64,000 nucleotides of DNA from Macrostomum lignano (lineage: Eukaryota): the NCBI GenBank assembly GCA_002269645.1, contig NIVC01000942.1, positions 1 through 64,000 on the forward strand, given 5' to 3'. A model generated the notes under the pieces. It was not told where the DNA came from, ran no database searches, and saw only the letters and a program-made list of their open reading frames with translations. The position numbers were made by a program, and so were the translations under genes. Position 1 is the first letter of the stretch. Each line of letters starts with the position of its first letter. Below, one piece after another: positions 12,301 to 24,039 of this stretch.

Positions 12301-15300
12301 TCCATCCTCTCCTCGCTTCTCTCCGACCTCTACTCGCTTCTCTCCATCCTCTAATCCTCGCCTCTCTCTCCTCTCCTTTCCCCCCCCCCTGCCCTTCTAA
12401 GCCAGACTTGCCAGCACGAGAAGCACTTTCAGCGGCGCCTGTCGGTAGTGCTGCAAGACGGCCTCTCGCGAAGTGTCGGTCGGCCTCATCGGACTCAGGC
12501 TGAACCGACCGTCTGTTGAAAACTCGCCCACCTGTACGTGCGGCAAAAGAGAATTCATGACAGAACAAAGCAATATATCAAGCAGTTATATGTCCTTCTT
12601 TTACTACTGTTAGTACACTTTGAGCTGCTAAAGGGCGCCTATTTGCAGCTGACTCACCAGTTCCGGTCGCAGCGGCAAGTTCCGGTAGATGCCGAGGCGC
12701 CAGTTGTCACGAGCGACTGCACCGTCGGGGAGCAGGCGAAATGTTCCCGTCAGCCCGGTGACATTTTTCTCCTGCAGCGTCTGTGGAAGGCATTAATAGA
12801 GCCTTTAAATGCACATACTGCTAATAGTAGTCAGGCTACCTTGCCTTAATCACTTTAGTCACAATAAATGAGCCAATGCACATGCGTGCCTGAATTGCTG
12901 TGCTTTCTTCGAAAGACGTACTCGCAGACCTCGCTTTTTCTCTTCCCATCATTCTCGCCTTTCCCTCCTTCTTGCCTCTCTCCCTCCTTCTCGCCTCTCC
13001 CTTCTTCTCGCCTCTCTCCCTCCTTCTCGCCTCTCTCCCTCCTTCTCGTCACTCCCTTCTTCACGCCTCTCTCCCTCCTTCTCGCCTCTCCCTTCTTCTC
13101 GCCTCTCTCCCTTCTTCTCGCCTCGATCCCTCCTTCTCGCCTCTCCCTTCTTCTCGCCTCTCTCCCTCCTTCTCGTCTCTCCCTTCTTCTCGCCTCTCTC
13201 CCTTCTTCTCGCCTCGATCCCTCCTTCTCGCCTCTCCCTTCTTCTCGCCTCTCTCCCTCCTTCTCGCCTCTCCCTTCTTCTCGCCTTTCTCCCTCCTTCT
13301 CGCCTCTCCCTTCTTCTCGCCTCGCTCCCTCCTTCTCGTCTCTCCCTTCTTCTCGCCTTTCTCCCTCCTTCTCGTCCCTCCCTCCTTCTCGCCTTTCTCC
13401 CTCCTTCTCGCTTCTCTCCCTTCTTCTCGCTTCTCTCCCTTCTTCTCGCCTTTCTCCCTTCTTCTCGCCTCTCCCTTCTTTTCGCCTCGCTCCCTCCTTC
13501 TCGCCTCTCCCTTCTTCTCGCCTCGCTCCCTCCTTCTCGTCTCTCCCTTCTTCTTGCCTCTCTCCCTCCTTCTCGCCTCTCCCTTCTTCTCGCCTCGCTC
13601 CCTCCTTCTCGCCTTTCTCCCTCCTTCTCGTCTCTCCCTTCTTCTCGTCTCTCCCTTCTTCTCGCCTCTCCCTTCTTCTCGCCTCTCCCTCCTTCTCGCC
13701 TCTCCCTCCTTCTCGCCTCTCTCCCTCCTCCTCGCCTCTCTCCCTCCTTCTCGCCTCTCTCCCTCCTTCTCGCCTCTCTCCCTCCTTGTCGCCCCTCTCC
13801 CCTCTCCTTCCGTCCTTTCTCCAGACCAGCCAATTCTAATCTTAATTCCATTCCCAGACTGTCCGACTCAGCTGAATTGATAATAAATGGTCTTACGCCA
13901 TTGCCGCAGGCGAGCTGCCTGACGAACTCGGTCCACACGCTGAGCAGGTCGTACAGCATCACGTGCTCCGTAGTTAGCAGTTTGCGGCCCAATTCCTCAG
14001 TAAAAGGTCCGAACTCCATAGCAGTAACGTTGTCGGCCTCGTTGGCAAACACCAAAGACTCGGTGTCATTGCGCCGCTCGCTACCCACCGCTAAGCCCTT
14101 TGAGGTTCGTGTGTGGTTCAATGAGACTTCTCTACAGTCTTGCAAGTTTTTCTGCATCCCGAATGCAAATTTTATTGAAATAGCAAGTCATGCCTTCGCT
14201 GACAGAACTTGTATTGTTGAACAACAATTGAGGGTTGTGAAAGAGCCTGGGTTGGGGTTGTCCGCACCAAGTTTTGTCTATGGTAAAACCCCCACTATGC
14301 TAAAGTTTGTGCGGACTTCAGCGGCATTTTGCTGTTTCTCGATCATTCTGGGAATGAACCTTCACAAAACGCGCACTTTCTTAATTTTATTGCAGGAACT
14401 TGAGAGGCCGACCATTTTGTCTATCATTACGATAATGCTAAAGCTTGAAGTTTCTTATCTCGAAAAAGCCTGCCTTCAACCCAAAATAGGGATATTTTGA
14501 AATGCCAAGAATGGTTAATTCTGGCCACTTTCTGTCTTGTAAAGAGCATCAAATCCGTCACGATCACCGGTCATTTTACCGGTATAAGCGACAGTCCCAG
14601 CTCAGTCTGCATGCCCCCGGTTGTCCCCCAAAGCTAACCTGAATCTCTCGCTGCAATTTGATTCTTCACAATAGCAGAAAGCGAAGACACTTTATTTACG
14701 CACAAATTTACCAACAGATAAAATCTCTCCTCCATTTGGCTGCGCGTTTTTTGCGATTTTTTTGTGCTTTTCTACGCCGGCGAGTCCGTCAATCCAGTCT
14801 CCCAGCTTCATCGTAAACAGGCTGACAGGGGATGACAGCCGATTTCCCGGCGCTGATTAAAGCCTCGATTTCCTCTTTTTTAAGTAAAAGAAGACAAGCA
14901 AAATTGTTTCTGCTTTTTTCTCTCCTGAACAGCCAGCCGGGCTCCTCAAATCTGATGACACTTTGCCCTAACAAATCTTTCCAAGACAGATGAGGTCTGA
15001 CAGGTGGATGCTGGAGAGTCATTTTCGCCTCCTTGGGGCTGCAGTGGCAAGAAAAACATTTGGCCGGCTTTCTGTCGGCAACTGCGCAGCCGCATCAAGC
15101 CAGCTGAGCTCTTTGTGGCTCGGCTGCTTTCTGGGACCTATTGACTGATATAAATGTAGTTTTAGAATCGGAGATTAGGAATTCACTAACTCCTCATTCA
15201 GAGTATCAGTCAGTTCATTGCAGCACACTGATCACTGACCGTCCTTCTTCATCAGTCATCAGTGAATTCACTCATCCACTTGATTCACTCATCACTCCAT

Positions 15301-16715
15301 TCACATATCACTATATTCACTCATCACTACATTCACTCATCACGCCGGTCACTTTGCATTAGCAGTGGCAGCAGAGCTGATCCTACCGTGTCAAACAGCA
15401 GCCATCGCTGCTGGGTTTCCCGCAGTCTGGTGCCAGCAGCAGCCTGCAGCAGCCGGGTCAGCAGCGGCCGTCCGGCCACCACCAGCAGCAGCCGGTCTGG
15501 CCTGAAGGGGTGCAGCAGGCGGTCCACAATCTCGGCGGCGTTGCTTCCGTCAACGTCCAGTCGGTGACAGTTGACGCCGCCTCCGCTGCCAGCGCCGCCG
15601 CCGTTGGGAAAGAGCGGCGCCAGATCGCGCACCCGGTACGGTGCGCCGACAATCAGCGACGCCGAGGTGACGAGCTGCGTGGCCGCGGCTGCCAGCGCCA
15701 GTCCGGGCGCCAGCTGCAGCATCGGCGGCGACGGCGCAGCCACTGACGAGTGCCAGCGGAGCGAAGGCGGCGCCGCCGATCGCAGCATCCGACTCCAGGT
15801 ACTGCGGCCCATATTGTCGGTGTTGTCCTCTGCATCGACAGCGAAGAGGAAGTTCGAACTCGACAGCCGGTAGGCGTCTGGAAAGTTTTTGTTGTTAGGA
15901 GAAGGTCTTCTTTGAGTTCCTTGGTGACTTTTTGCTCTGAGTTCCTAGCATTTATACTGTCAAGGACGCTTAAGTCCCAAAAGTATTGGACTGACAAGGA
16001 CATTGGACTGACAAGGTCATTGGACTGACAAGGTCATTGGACTGACAAGGACATTGGACTGACAAGGACATTGGACTGACAAGGACATTGGACTGACAAA
16101 GACATTGGACTGACAAAGACATTGGACTGACAAGGACATTGGACTGACAAGGACATTGGACTGACAAGGAAAAATTGGACTGACAAGGACATTGGACTGA
16201 CAAGGACGTTGGATTGGCAGAATTTTTTGAAGAGAAAGTAGAATCAGAAAAATTGAAGCCCAGCTCAGATCAGAGGCAGTAGTTGATGGTCTTACAGGTG
16301 CAAAAAGTATTGATTCACACTAACTCAATTTCAGAGAATTTGAACTCAAAGTTTAGAATCTCAGGGAGACTCTCACAGGACTCCAGCAGCTCCAGGGGCG
16401 GCCACTTTGGCAGCGGGAATTCTTCGAATGTCAGAGCCGCATGCGCGGCGGCGGGACACGAGCTGCGCAGTTTGGACTCGAACAGGTCTTTGTACAGGCC
16501 GCTCAGGTCCGCTGCCACCCCGGCCCGGGTCCAGAACACGGCTGCAATCATGGCGGTGGTGTTGTACAGGAAGAGAATCACTCCAGTTTAAAATAGCAGT
16601 CAATTTCTGGATAGCAGCGCTGCTCACCGAACGAATAGTTGGCCGCGCCCTGTGATGAGGCTGCCAAGGCAATGATGACGGCAATGCTGCCTAAGAGAGA
16701 TCGCGACTTTGCCAT
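6343..16715 (-). CDS. Divergent ionotropic glutamate receptor-like subunit B, complete 10-exon model
   Basis: Exons: 16715-16628 (signal peptide [23 protein letters not shown]), 16541-16377, 15877-15387, 14097-13897, 12780-12658, 12531-12412 (GC donor), 11949-11830, 11607-11203, 8503-7974, 6682-6343. All phases are consistent. The protein aligns exon by exon with subunit A (KDLFESK/KDLFDSK, RWLLFDT/RWFLFNT, RLEGFS/RLEGFA, AANLAG, FGTL, ALTL). Confidence 0.88.
7035..7295 (+). mobile_element. Diverged tRNA-derived SINE related to family B
   Basis: A/B-box-like head (TACTCAGTGG ... GGTTCGATTCT). The body TGTACATGTCTGACGATTAGAAAGTCAGTACCGCTGTACACCCTGTGTGAG matches 28080-28150. Confidence 0.65.
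8715..10740 (+). mobile_element. Degenerate Ty3/gypsy (Mag-like) retrotransposon remnant: gag, partial protease, RT and RNase H; inside intron 8 of iGluR-B
   Basis: gag with two zinc knuckles (CFRC.., [14 protein letters not shown]), [58 protein letters not shown]. Several frameshifts and stops; no integrase or LTRs found. Confidence 0.9.
10309..10411 (-). mobile_element. 103-bp truncated non-LTR 3' end inserted into the gypsy RT
   Basis: Flanked by the 13-bp direct repeat CGCTGTCAGAGAA (10296-10308 and 10412-10424); on the minus strand it ends in a TAAGTCAAG x2 tail. Confidence 0.75.
12130..12390. repeat. Pyrimidine-rich degenerate minisatellite (TCTCCATCCTCTCCTCGCT-like)
   Basis: Visible tandem CT-rich units in an iGluR-B intron. 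Confidence 0.85.
12945..13835. repeat. CT-rich minisatellite (CTCCCTCCTTCTCGCCT-like units)
   Basis: Tandem degenerate units of about 16-18 bp; they produce the spurious SP-rich and RE-rich ORFs. Confidence 0.9.
15985..16205. repeat. 20-bp tandem repeat GGACTGACAAGGACATT(GGA)
   Basis: About 11 near-identical units in iGluR-B intron 2. Confidence 0.95.
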
Positions 16716-17174
16716 CTGGAATTGTGATTTGATTTTTATTTCCGTTCAAAAAGCATCGAATCCTTCGGCTAATTTGTCTTAATTGTGCTTGTTCTTATAG
16801 GTGACGAGGGAGAGAGAGAGACAGAAACGGAGGGGTTGACAGTGAGAGCGAGTACATCTCTAGCTCACAGCTCAAGCTCTCAACTCAAGCCAGACAATGG
16901 AGCAGGCAGACAATAGGCAGTGCAGAGATCAGCCTCAGGCTCAGAGACTGGCGCACAAGAAGGAGCTGGGGGCGAGCGGCCAAATCCATGATTTCCAGCT
17001 CTCAAAGAGCGTTTTTGGTTGCGGCTGCACATCCAGGTTGTTTCTGCTTCAAGAGGCAGCAAAACTTTGATTGTCAATCTCTGCCAGGTAGTTACAACCG
17101 GCCCTGAATTTTTCATTGACCCCATGGGAGCGCATAGAGAAGACTATTTTTCCATTGCCAGTGCCAACTAGTCG

Positions 17175-17248
17175 CAGTTGTGAATGCTGATATCTAGCCA
17201 GTTGTGAATGCTGATATCTAGCCAGTTGTGAATGCTGATATCTAGCCA
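17175..17248. repeat. 24-bp tandem triplication CAGTTGTGAATGCTGATATCTAGC
   Basis: Three exact copies. Confidence 0.95.
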
Positions 17249-17898
17249 AACCGTACAGGCCTACTAAAAGAAAGCCGAAAGGCAAACATCGGCTTAGGAA
17301 TGTTTAAACTGTAATTTGCGCTCAATTGAGCAGCTCGGCCCCCGTCAGGTGGAGGACGGGGATGGCTGCCGGGATCAGCTGGGATCGGGGCGAGAGCGGG
17401 AGGGGCAGAGCGTGACTCGAGAAGCTCAAGAAGGGGGAATAAATAAGGGAGAAAGGCGGGGGATAATGATACAGTGGCATCCTCAATCCTGATTACAGCG
17501 CGCCTGTCTGTTAATTCGTTTGAATCAGTCAGATGCGGCAGTAAGGCAGTAAAAGGTAAATCATGCGGTGAGCTTGAGGAGTTGTGAGATGACGGGGAGA
17601 GGCAGAGAAAAAATTAAAACATCCCATTAAGCTGGGCCTGTTGGGATGGGGAGGCCGCCTCTCCGTTTGGCTATTCATTACTGAGCGGAGTGAAGCCCCA
17701 GCCATTAATCACTGCTCACGGTCGATATCCCCTGGCGATCAGCCCCCCTCCCCAACAACCCCTGGGACTTCGGTCTGAGCCTCCTCTCTTCCCCATATCT
17801 ATTTTTGAAGATCGCCCGGCCCCTCAATTCTGCGTCTCTCTAACTTTGTTGTGCGCTCGCAATGTCAATTCACGATGCTCGCTTCGATTGCTCTTCTA

Positions 17899-20800
17899 GA
17901 GTCACTGTCACTGTCACTGTCACTGTCACTGTCACTGTCACTGTTACTGTCACTGTCACTGTCACTGTCACTGTCACTGTCACTGTCACTGTCACTGTCA
18001 CTGTCACTGTCACTGTCACTGTCACTGTCACTGTCACTGTCACTGTCACTGTCCCTGTCACTGTCACTGTCACTGTCACTGTCACTGTCACTGTCACTGT
18101 CACTGTCACTGTCACTGTCACTGTCACTGTCACTGTCACTGTCACTGTCACTGTCACTGTCACTGTCACTGTCACTGTCACTGTCACTGTCACTGTCACT
18201 GTCACTGTCACTGTCACTGTCACTGTCACTGTCACTGTCACTGTCACTGTCACTGTCACTGTCACTGTCACTGTCACTGTCACTGTCACTGTTACTGTTA
18301 CTGTCACTGTCACTGTCACTGTCACTGTCACTGTCACTGTCACTGTCACTGTCACTGTCACTGTCACTGTCACTGTCACTGTCACTGTCACTGTTACTGT
18401 CACTGTTACTGTCACTGTTACTGTCACTGTTACTGTCACTGTCACTGTCACTGTTACTGTCACTGTTACTGTCACTGTTACTGTCACTGTTACTGTCACT
18501 GTTACTGTCACTGTCACTGTCACTGTCACTGTCACTGTCACTGTCACTGTCACTGTCACTGTCACTGTCACTGTTACTGTCACTGTTACTGTCACTGTCA
18601 CTGTCACTGTCACTGTCACTGTCACTGTTACTGTCACTGTCACTGTCACTGTCACTGTCACTGTCACTGTCACTGTCACTGTCACTGTCACTGTCACTGT
18701 CACTGTCACTGTCACTGTTACTGTCACTGTTACTGTCACTGTCCCTGTAACTGTGACTGTCACTGTTACTGTCACTGTCACTGTGACTGTTACTATTACT
18801 GTCACTGTCACTGTCACTGTCACTGTTACTGTCACTGTCACTGTCACTGTCACTGTTACTGTCACTGTTACTGTCACTGTCACTGTCACTGTCACTGTTA
18901 CTGTCACTGTCACTGTCACTGTCACTGTCACTGTCACTGTCACTGTCACTGTCACTGTCACTGTTACTGTCACTGTTACTGTCACTGTCCCTGTAACTGT
19001 GACTGTCACTGTTACTGTCACTGTCACTGTGACTGTTACTATTACTGTCACTGTCACTGTCACTGTCACTGTCACTGTCACTGTCACTGTCACTGTTACT
19101 GTCACTGTTACTGTCACTGTCACTGTCACTGTCACTGTCACTGTCACTGTTACTGTCACTGTCACTGTCACTGTCACTGTTACTGTCACTGTCACTGTCA
19201 CTGTCACTGTCACTGTCACTGTCACTGTCACTGTCACTGTCACTGTCACTGTTACTGTCACTGTTACTGTCACTGTCACTGTCACTGTCACTGTCACTGT
19301 CACTGTTACTGTCACTGTCACTGTCACTGTTACTGTCACTGTCACTGTCACTGTCACTGTTACTGTCACTGTTACTGTCACTGTCACTGTCACTGTCACT
19401 GTCACTGTCACTGTCACTGTCACTGTCGCTGTCACTGTCACTGTTACTGTCACTGTTACTGTCACTGTCCCTGTAACTGTGACTGTCACTGTCACTGTCA
19501 CTGTCACTGTCACTGTCACTGTCACTGTCACTGTTACTGTCACTGTCACTGTCACTGTCACTGTCACTGTCACTGTCACTGTCACTGTTACTGTCACTGT
19601 TACTGTCACTGTCACTGTCACTGTCACTGTCACTGTTACTGTCACTGTTACCGTCACTGTCACTGTCACTGTCGCTGTCACTGTCACTGTTACTGTCACT
19701 GTTACTGTCACTGTCCCTGTAACTGTGACTGTCACTGTTACTGTGACTGTGACTGTGACTGTTACTATTACTGTCACTGTCACTGTCACTGTCACTGTCA
19801 CTGTCACTGTCACTGTCACTGTCACTGTCACTGTCACTGTCACTGTCACTGTCACTGTCACTGTCACTGTCACTGTCACTGTCACTGTCACTGTCACTGT
19901 CACTGTCACTGTCACTGTCACTGTCCCTGTCACTGTCACTGTCACTGTCACTGTCACTGTCACTGTCACTGTCACTGTCACTGTCACTGTCACTGTCACT
20001 GTCACTGTCACTGTCACTGTCACTGTCACTGTCACTGTCACTGTCACTGTCACTGTTACTGTTACTGTCACTGTCACTGTCACTGTCACTGTCACTGTCA
20101 CTGTCACTGTCACTGTCACTGTCACTGTCACTGTCACTGTTACTGTCACTGTTACTGTCACTGTTACTGTCACTGTCACTGTCACTGTCACTGTCACTGT
20201 TACTGTCACTGTTACTGTCACTGTTACTGTCACTGTTACTGTCACTGTTACTGTCACTGTCACTGTCACTGTCACTGTCACTGTCACTGTCACTGTCACT
20301 GTCACTGTCACTGTCACTGTTACTGTCACTGTTACTGTCACTGTCACTGTCACTGTCACTGTCACTGTCACTGTCACTGTTACTGTCACTGTTACTGTCA
20401 CTGTCCCTGTAACTGTGACTGTCACTGTTACTGTCACTGTCACTGTGACTGTTACTATTACTGTCACTGTCACTGTCACTGTCACTGTTACTGTCACTGT
20501 CACTGTCACTGTCACTGTTACTGTCACTGTTACTGTCACTGTCACTGTCACTGTCACTGTTACTGTCACTGTCACTGTCACTGTCACTGTCACTGTCACT
20601 ATCACTGTCACTGTCACTGTCACTGTCACTGTCACTGTCACTGTCACTGTTACTGTCACTGTTACTGTCACTGTCCCTGTAACTGTGACTGTCACTGTTA
20701 CTGTCACTGTCACTGTGACTGTTACTATTACTGTCACTGTCACTGTCACTGTCACTGTTACTGTCACTGTCACTGTCACTGTCACTGTTACTGTCACTGT

Positions 20801-22815
20801 TACTGTCACTGTCACTGTCACTGTCACTGTCACTGTCACTGTCACTGTCACTGTCACTGTCACTGTTACTGTCACTGTTACTGTCACTGTCACTGTCACT
20901 GTCACTGTCACTGTCACTGTTACTGTCACTGTTACTGTCACTGTTACTGTCACTGTCCCTGTAACTGTGACTGTCACTGTTACTGTTACTGTCACTGTCA
21001 CTGTCACTGTCACTGTCACTGTCACTGTCACTGTCACTGTCACTGTCACTGTCACTGTCACTGTCACTGTCACTGTTACTGTCACTGTTACTGTCACTGT
21101 TACTGTCACTGTTACTGTCACTGTCACTGTCACTGTTACTGTCACTGTTACTGTCACTGTTACTGTCACTGTTACTGTCACTGTTACTGTCACTGTCACT
21201 GTCACTGTCACTGTCACTGTCACTGTCACTGTCACTGTCACTGTCACTGTCACTGTTACTGTCACTGTTACTGTCACTGTCACTGTCACTGTCACTGTCA
21301 CTGTCACTGTTACTGTCACTGTCACTGTCACTGTCACTGTCACTGTCACTGTCACTGTCACTGTCACTGTCACTGTCACTGTCACTGTCACTGTTACTGT
21401 CACTGTTACTGTCACTGTCCCTGTAACTGTGACTGTCACTGTTACTGTCACTGTCACTGTGACTGTTACTATTACTGTCACTGTCACTGTCACTGTCACT
21501 GTTACTGTCACTGTCACTGTCACTGTCACTGTTACTGTCACTGTTACTGTCACTGTCACTGTCACTGTCACTGTTACTGTCACTGTCACTGTCACTGTCA
21601 CTGTCACTGTCACTGTCACTGTCACTGTCACTGTCACTGTCACTGTCACTGTCACTGTCACTGTTACTGTCACTGTTACTGTCACTGTCCCTGTAACTGT
21701 GACTGTCACTGTTACTGTCACTGTCACTGTGACTGTTACTATTACTGTCACTGTCACTGTCACTGTCACTGTTACTGTCACTGTCACTGTCACTGTCACT
21801 GTTACTGTCACTGTTACTGTCACTGTCACTGTCACTGTCACTGTCACTGTCACTGTCACTGTCACTGTCACTGTCACTGTCACTGTTACTGTCACTGTTA
21901 CTGTCACTGTCACTGTCACTGTTACTGTCACTGTCACTGTCACTGTCACTGTTACTGTCACTGTTACTGTCACTGTCACTGTCACTGTCACTGTCACTGT
22001 CACTGTCACTGTCACTGTCACTGTCACTGTCACTGTTACTGTCACTGTTACTGTCACTGTCACTGTCACTGTCACTGTCACTGTCACTGTTACTGTCACT
22101 GTTACTGTCACTGTTACTGTCACTGTCCCTGTAACTGTGACTGTCACTGTTACTGTCACTGTCACTGTCACTGTCACTGTCACTGTCACTGTCACTGTCA
22201 CTGTCACTGTTACTGTCACTGTTACTGTCACTGTCACTGTCACTGTCACTGTCACTGTCACTGTCACTGTCACTGTCGCTGTCACTGTCACTGTTACTGT
22301 CACTGTTACTGTCACTGTCCCTGTAACTGTGACTGTCACTGTCACTGTCACTGTCACTGTCACTGTCACTGTCACTGTCACTGTTACTGTCACTGTCACT
22401 GTCACTGTCACTGTCACTGTCACTGTCACTGTCACTGTTACTGTCACTGTTACTGTCACTGTCACTGTCACTGTCACTGTCACTGTCACTGTTACTGTCA
22501 CTGTTACCGTCACTGTCACTGTCACTGTCGCTGTCACTGTCGCTGTCACTGTCACTGTTACTGTCACTGTTACTGTCACTGTCCCTGTAACTGTGACTGT
22601 CACTGTTACTGTGACTGTGACTGTGACTGTTACTATTACTGTCACTGTCACTGTCACTGTCACTGTCACTGTCACTGTCACTGTCACTGTCACTGTCACT
22701 GTTACTGTCACTGTTACTGTCACTGTCACTGTCACTGTCGCTGTCACTGTCACTGTCACTGTCACTGTCACTGTCACTGTCACTGTTACTGTTACTGTTA
22801 CTGTCACTGTCACTA
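17899..22815. repeat. 4.9-kb (GTCACT)n hexamer satellite with variant-defined higher-order structure
   Basis: Continuous GTCACT/GTTACT units with recurring variants (GTCCCT-GTAACT-GTGACT, ATTACT, GTCGCT, GTTACC). Confidence 0.98.
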
Positions 22816-24039
22816 TTGGCATTGTCGGTACGAATCTCAATAAAATTCATAATGGCACATTCCCTCTTAATGGCGATCTCATTGCCACCAGTGTCTCTCT
22901 TTGAGTCACTATCAGTATCACTCTGAATGGCACACTCGGTATCATTCTCAGTGTCACTCTCAGTGTCACACCCAGCGTCACTCTCAATGGGAGCCATCGG
23001 CTTTCTGGTTACTGCTTCCTCTGTTTCTCCCTTTCCTTCCTCCTCATTGCTGCAGTTGCCAATGCCAGGAAATCCTTTCTGAGCCTCAACCGCCCGCCAT
23101 TGCCTCCCGTCACGGATTTCAAAGAGGTGTAAAATTATTGTTGGTGCAAAAAGCCGATCTGCATTTCGCGCAAGCAAAATTCTTTATGACGAATTCTTTA
23201 TGCGGCTGAGCAGCGCAATGCGGCACACCTGGAGGCTGGTCAGGTGTAAGAAAAGCATTTTGATGTCTCTGGCCAGATGCTCGATCCCCCCAATCGGCAA
23301 GGTGGCTCTCCACCCCATCGACTCTTTTTTATTAATCCACTTAAGAGCGGCCCGCAGCGCCGCTCCCGAGGAACCCCTGCCTCCGGTCGCACTTTACACA
23401 GAAAACGTTTTAGTCCCCAGCCCAAATTGGTCAGTTTTTGGCCTCCTTGACACTTGAATGCCGGCGATAAAAAATGATACAATGCCCCCGCCAAGTGGCA
23501 CCCATCGCTTCACATTCAGATACTGTCTTCAACTTATCCGTCTCTACAGTCAACAGGTTATGCAAATGGGGGATATTTAGTAGCAGAGAAATTCTGCAAC
23601 GCTGGGAAACTAAACAGCCGTCCTCAGGCCCCCAGCAACCCGGGAAATCAAAGACGCCTCTTTCAGAATCTGCGAACTTCCACAACTATCCGACCTCCGC
23701 AGTTCCGCGGCGCGGCAGCTGACGCGTTGCAGATATTGCGGAACAACAGGGCTCGGACTTCCCCTCACTAAAGGGAAAATGATGATGATGACGCCACCTC
23801 AATCCCCAATTCAATTCCTGGGTTAAAATTCTAAATGCAGATTTTGTCAGCCAAGTTGTAAGCCATGGTTGCATCACGGCCGGGCCTGGGCTGGCAACAC
23901 GGCCGATTCACTGGGGAGTTCGACTCGGCATTCTGGGACTTGGCTCCGCAGCTGTCCTGATGCATCACGCGGCCATTAAATAAACTTTGTCCGGTCTTGT
24001 CGTTACCTGTCCATCCTGCAGTCCCAGCTGCTGTCAATC

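Noticed and set aside
12017-13880. Long SP-rich, LLASP-rich and RE-rich ORFs
   Set aside because: These are translations of intronic CT-rich minisatellites; the true exons in this region are short and were mapped separately.
17049-17285. 78-aa ORF containing an ARYQHSQL triplication
   Set aside because: It derives from a 24-bp tandem repeat, with no homology cues.
17862-22904. 1680-aa and 1656-aa poly(Thr-Val) ORFs on both strands
   Set aside because: A stop-free hexamer gives these automatically; no unique domains or signal sequence.
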